Assembly: GCA_031367385.1 (NCBI GenBank)
Contig: JANLPS010000529.1
Location: 1 to 13,004, forward strand
Source of the DNA: Archangium sp.
GTDB taxonomy: Bacteria; Myxococcota; Myxococcia; Myxococcales; Myxococcaceae
Length of the DNA: 13,004 nt
Direction: 5' to 3'
Part shown: one piece after another, positions 9,365-13,004 of the stretch
How the letters are laid out: every line of letters starts with the position of its first letter
How positions within the stretch are numbered: position 1 is the stretch's first letter
Program-made: the position numbers and the translations under genes
Notes under the pieces: model-generated
Told to the model about the DNA's origin: nothing
Database searches by the model: none
The model's input: only the letters and a program-made list of their open reading frames with translations

Positions 9365-9757
9365 ATGTTCGACCCTTCAGTTTCGATGGTTTTGGCTCAG
9401 GCCGGCGGCTCGTCTGGTGGTATCGGCATGAGCATGCTGGTGCCGATGGTCGGCGTCATCGCCATCATGTACTTCGTCATCTTTCGGCCGCAGCAGGCTG
9501 AAGCGAAGAAGCTGCAAGAGCTCGTCTCGTCGCTCAAAAAGGGCGACGACGTGGTCACCAGCGGCGGGTTGCTGGGCAAGGTGTTTTCAGTCGCAGACAA
9601 AACGTTGACGCTCGAAGTCGCATCGGGCGTGAAGGTTCGCGTGTTGAAGAGCGCGGTGGCAGCCCGTGGCTCGGTGTCAGACGAACCGGCCAAGGTCACC
9701 CCCGCGGTCACCGACGACGCCAAGAAAATCGACGAAGCGAAGAAAGAGGAGAAGTAA
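9365..9757 (+). CDS. yajC: Preprotein translocase subunit YajC
   Basis: Single TM ending MYFVIFRPQQ, then LKKGDDVVTSGGLLGKV and LEVASGVKVRVLKSAV. Lies directly upstream of secD. ATG 9365 is the preferred start but is uncertain. Confidence 0.95.
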   Translation: MFDPSVSMVLAQAGGSSGGIGMSMLVPMVGVIAIMYFVIFRPQQAEAKKLQELVSSLKKGDDVVTSGGLLGKVFSVADKTLTLEVASGVKVRVLKSAVAARGSVSDEPAKVTPAVTDDAKKIDEAKKEEK

Positions 9758-9758
9758 G

Positions 9759-11543
9759 ATGGAGCGCAGCTGGTTTACGCGCGTCGGCATCATCCTTGCG
9801 GTGGCGCTCGGCAGCATCTGGTTCTTGGTTCCTACGTATTATTCGTTTTTTCACTTGAGCCGCGAAGACCGGAACAACGTGAAAAAGCTCGAAGAAGTGC
9901 TCCCTGCGTGGGCGCCTCCGGCACGGTATCGCCTGTCATTGGGGCTCGACCTGCAGGGCGGCATTCACATGGTGATGCGCGTCGACACCAAGACCGCCCT
10001 GATGAAGCGCACCGAGCGCCGAGCGGTTCAGATGGTGAGCCTCGTCACGACCAAGAAGTTGGGCACGGTGACCCAGGTCTCAGACCCCGAGCGCTTGCTG
10101 GTGACCCTGACCGCAGCCGACCCCTCGACGATGGACTCGATCGAGAAAGAGGTCACGACCGCGTTTGAAGACTTCTCGAAAGTCAGCCGCGATGGAGCCT
10201 CACTCACGCTCAAGCTCAACGACGCGAACGTCGACTACTTCATGAACGACTCAGTCGAGCAGGCGATGTTGGTCATTCGCCGCCGCATCGACAAGTGGGG
10301 CGTCTCCGAGGTCGATGTGCGCCGCCTCGGCACCGATTCGATTCAAATCTCGCTGCCCGGTCAAAGCGACCCCGAGCAGGCCAAAGAGCTCGTCGGCACC
10401 ACCGCGCAGCTCGAGTTTCGTCTGGTCGAGCCGAGCGGTACGGTGTTCAAAGACCTCTACGAGAAAGAGCCGCCAGCGGCGAACAGCGGCATCACCCTGG
10501 TGAGCGACGTGAAGAATGGCGATGGCAACGAGCCGCCGCCGCCGTTTCTCGAGTCAACCGACCAAGACGCGCTGCTCAAGTACGTGAAGGGCAAAGCGCC
10601 CGAGGGCAAACAGATTCTCGCCCACTGCGTCGAGGCCGATAACAAGAAGTGCATCAAGTTCTACACCTTCTTGGTCGACAAGAACGTGCCGCTCACCGGC
10701 GAGACGCTCACCAACGCCGAGGCGCGCCAGAACACCACCGACAACCAGGTCGAGGTCGGCTTTCAGTTCAACGCGCAAGGCGCGAAAGACTTGGAAGAGC
10801 TGACCGGCAAGAACTCGGGCCGCCGCATGGCGATCGTGCTCGACGACAACGTGGTCATGGCGCCGAACATCAACGAGAAGATCACCGGTGGTAACGGCCG
10901 CATCACGCTGGGCCGCCGTGGTCAGGTGCAAGAGCGGCTTCGAGAGGCGCAAATGCTCGCGCTCAACTTGAAGGCAGGCGCCTTGCCAGCGCCGGTGACT
11001 CCGGGTGAGATTCGCCAGGTCGGCGCCTCGCTGGGCGATGAGCTCATTCGCAAGGGTACCCTCGCCGCGCTCGTCGGTCTGGCGCTGGTGGTGGTGTTCA
11101 TGGCGATCTACTACCGCCTGGCGGGCCTCACCGCCGACGTGGCGTTGATTCTCAACGGTGCGTTGATTCTGGCGGGCCTGGCGCTGTTCAAAGCGACCCT
11201 GACCTTGCCTGGCATCGCCGGCTTCGTGCTCACGCTGGGCATCGCGGTCGACGCCAACGTGCTGATCAACGAGCGCATTCGTGAAGAGCTCGCCAGTGGC
11301 AAGTCACCCCAGGTGGCGGTCGATCAAGGCTATGACCGCGCCTTTTGGACGATTTTCGACGCCCACGTGACGACGTTGATCGCGGGTTTCATTCTCCAGC
11401 AGACCGGTACGGGCCCGGTGCAAGGTTTCGCGACGACGCTGATCATCGGCATCATCGCTTCTCTGTTCACGTCGATCGTCGTGACCCGCGCGATCACCAC
11501 CTACATCGTTCACGGCCGCAACGCCGCGACCGTGTCGGTTTAA
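9759..11543 (+). CDS. secD: Protein translocase subunit SecD
   Basis: ATG 9759 follows SD GAGGAG. LGLDLQGG, RRRIDKWGVSE, GTTAQLEFRLV, MAIVLD, LKAGALP, LTLPGIAG, AVDANVLINERIREE and GTGPVQGFA. Confidence 0.98.
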   Translation: MERSWFTRVGIILAVALGSIWFLVPTYYSFFHLSREDRNNVKKLEEVLPAWAPPARYRLSLGLDLQGGIHMVMRVDTKTALMKRTERRAVQMVSLVTTKKLGTVTQVSDPERLLVTLTAADPSTMDSIEKEVTTAFEDFSKVSRDGASLTLKLNDANVDYFMNDSVEQAMLVIRRRIDKWGVSEVDVRRLGTDSIQISLPGQSDPEQAKELVGTTAQLEFRLVEPSGTVFKDLYEKEPPAANSGITLVSDVKNGDGNEPPPPFLESTDQDALLKYVKGKAPEGKQILAHCVEADNKKCIKFYTFLVDKNVPLTGETLTNAEARQNTTDNQVEVGFQFNAQGAKDLEELTGKNSGRRMAIVLDDNVVMAPNINEKITGGNGRITLGRRGQVQERLREAQMLALNLKAGALPAPVTPGEIRQVGASLGDELIRKGTLAALVGLALVVVFMAIYYRLAGLTADVALILNGALILAGLALFKATLTLPGIAGFVLTLGIAVDANVLINERIREELASGKSPQVAVDQGYDRAFWTIFDAHVTTLIAGFILQQTGTGPVQGFATTLIIGIIASLFTSIVVTRAITTYIVHGRNAATVSV

Positions 11544-11552
11544 GAGGCCGCC

Positions 11553-12725
11553 ATGCAGATCATCAAAGGCAAAACGAACTTCGACTTCATCGGTAAGCGC
11601 CGAATCGCGATTTACATCTCGTCGATCTTGAACCTCGCGATCATCATCGGCATCGCGGCGGTGGGCTTCAACTTCGGCGTCGACTTCGCCGGCGGCACCG
11701 TCGTCGAAGTGAAGTTCAAAGACACCGCGACTGAAGACAGCGTGCGCGAGGGTGCGACCAAGGGCGGCCTGCGAGAGCCCCAGGTTCAGCGCATCGGCTC
11801 GGCCGACGAGAACTCGTTCATGCTCCGCATGGGCGGCGTCACCCAGCTGACCGAAGAGAATGAGAAGCAGGCCGAAGCGGCGATTCGGAGCAGCGGCGAA
11901 GTGGTCACGCTCTCGAAAGACCTCGACAACGGGTTGATCAACTTTCGTGTGAAGAACAAGCTCGACACTGCGGCGGTGAAGGCGGCCGTCGAAGCGGTCG
12001 GCACCGGCGTCAAAGAGGTGCGAGATTTGGGCGAGGTCGAAGGCAGCGGGTATGACTACCAGCTGGTCTCGGCCGGCATGGCCGACAAGGTCACCGCGGC
12101 GTTGCGTACCGGCATGCCCGGCGCGGCGTTCGAAGTGCGGCGCGTCGATTACGTCGGCCCGCAGGTCGGCAATCAGCTGCGCAACAAAGGCATTGCTTCG
12201 CTGCTGCTCGCGATGCTCTCGATTCTGGTCTACGTGGCCTTTCGCTTCGACCTGAAGTTCGGCCCCGGCGCCTTGGTGGCGAGCATTCACGACGTGATCA
12301 TGGTCGCGGGCTACTACCTGGTCAGCCGCCGCGAGTTCAATCTGACCTCGATCGCCGTGTTGCTGACGATTCTCGGCTACTCGGTCAACGACACGATCGT
12401 GATCTACGACCGCATTCGCGAAGAAATGGTTCGTTACAAGGGCAAGCCGCTCGCCGAGATCATCAACATCGCGGTCAACGACACGCTCTCGCGCACGATT
12501 CTTACCTCTGGCGTTACCGCGCTCTCGCTCATCGGTCTGCTGATCTTCGGCGTCGGCGAGATCTTCGACTTCGCGGCGGCGATGCTGGTCGGCATCGTGG
12601 TCGGTACCTACTCATCTGTGTACATCGCGAGCCCGCTCACCATCTGGCTCGATGAGCGCGCAGAAAAGCAGGCCAAGGCCGGTGGCCGCGGGAGCAGCGG
12701 GAACCTGAAGGCCAAGCCGGTCTAA
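11553..12725 (+). CDS. secF: Protein translocase subunit SecF
   Basis: SD GAGG. FDFIGKR, FGVDFAGGT, VGPQVG, YVAFRF, HDV, GYSVNDTIVIYDRIRE, TLSRTILTS and GTYSSVYIASP. Confidence 0.98.
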   Translation: MQIIKGKTNFDFIGKRRIAIYISSILNLAIIIGIAAVGFNFGVDFAGGTVVEVKFKDTATEDSVREGATKGGLREPQVQRIGSADENSFMLRMGGVTQLTEENEKQAEAAIRSSGEVVTLSKDLDNGLINFRVKNKLDTAAVKAAVEAVGTGVKEVRDLGEVEGSGYDYQLVSAGMADKVTAALRTGMPGAAFEVRRVDYVGPQVGNQLRNKGIASLLLAMLSILVYVAFRFDLKFGPGALVASIHDVIMVAGYYLVSRREFNLTSIAVLLTILGYSVNDTIVIYDRIREEMVRYKGKPLAEIINIAVNDTLSRTILTSGVTALSLIGLLIFGVGEIFDFAAAMLVGIVVGTYSSVYIASPLTIWLDERAEKQAKAGGRGSSGNLKAKPV

Positions 12726-13004
12726 AAGCAGCCCAAAGACAGGCCGCTTCGGGCTGGGTGCACGATCGATTTCAGCGGTTTGACGCACGGCGTTTCTTAA
12801 ACATTGGGAGCTTTTTGACCTTGGGCCCGTGCCTCCCGGCCCAATGAATCGCCCCGTAGAATCACTCTGCGCCTGCGGTGCGGTAGGCGGCACGAAGGCG
12901 AGCCATTTGGCGACCACCGATGGGGCCCCAATGCTGGCCAGCCTTCTTCATTCGGGTCTGAATGACATGCCGATGCGCGCTCTCGATGGGGCCTGAGCCG
13001 ATGA

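Noticed and set aside
9666..9758. 31-aa N-terminal extension of SecD in the ORF track
   Set aside because: It overlaps yajC. ATG 9759 has a strong SD (GAGGAG) and gives a normal SecD N-terminus.
12729..12756. Intrinsic terminator after secF
   Set aside because: A stem exists but no U-tract follows, so it cannot be called a terminator from sequence alone.

Overview
High-GC bacterial window, probably from a myxobacterium (inferred from gene content and Cys-rich lipoproteins). Mostly housekeeping genes, in this order: 3' end of an unknown gene, HAD-IIB hydrolase, RlmI-family methyltransferase, lipoprotein, degenerate alpha/beta-hydrolase, membrane-anchored subtilisin (S8) with a coupled 71-aa ORF, then queA-tgt and yajC-secD-secF. 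The usually contiguous queA-tgt-yajC-secDF cluster is split by two minus-strand Cys-rich lipoprotein genes, one built from two copies of a 12-Cys domain. The most anomalous DNA feature is a very AT-rich 36-bp perfect palindrome (14-bp arms, 8-bp asymmetric spacer, flanked by TA) that exactly fills the gap between the tgt stop and the stop of the inserted lipoprotein. No integrase, transposase, CRISPR array, tRNA or rRNA is visible. A new system is not demonstrated. The best candidates are the palindrome plus lipoprotein cassette and the S8 protease module.
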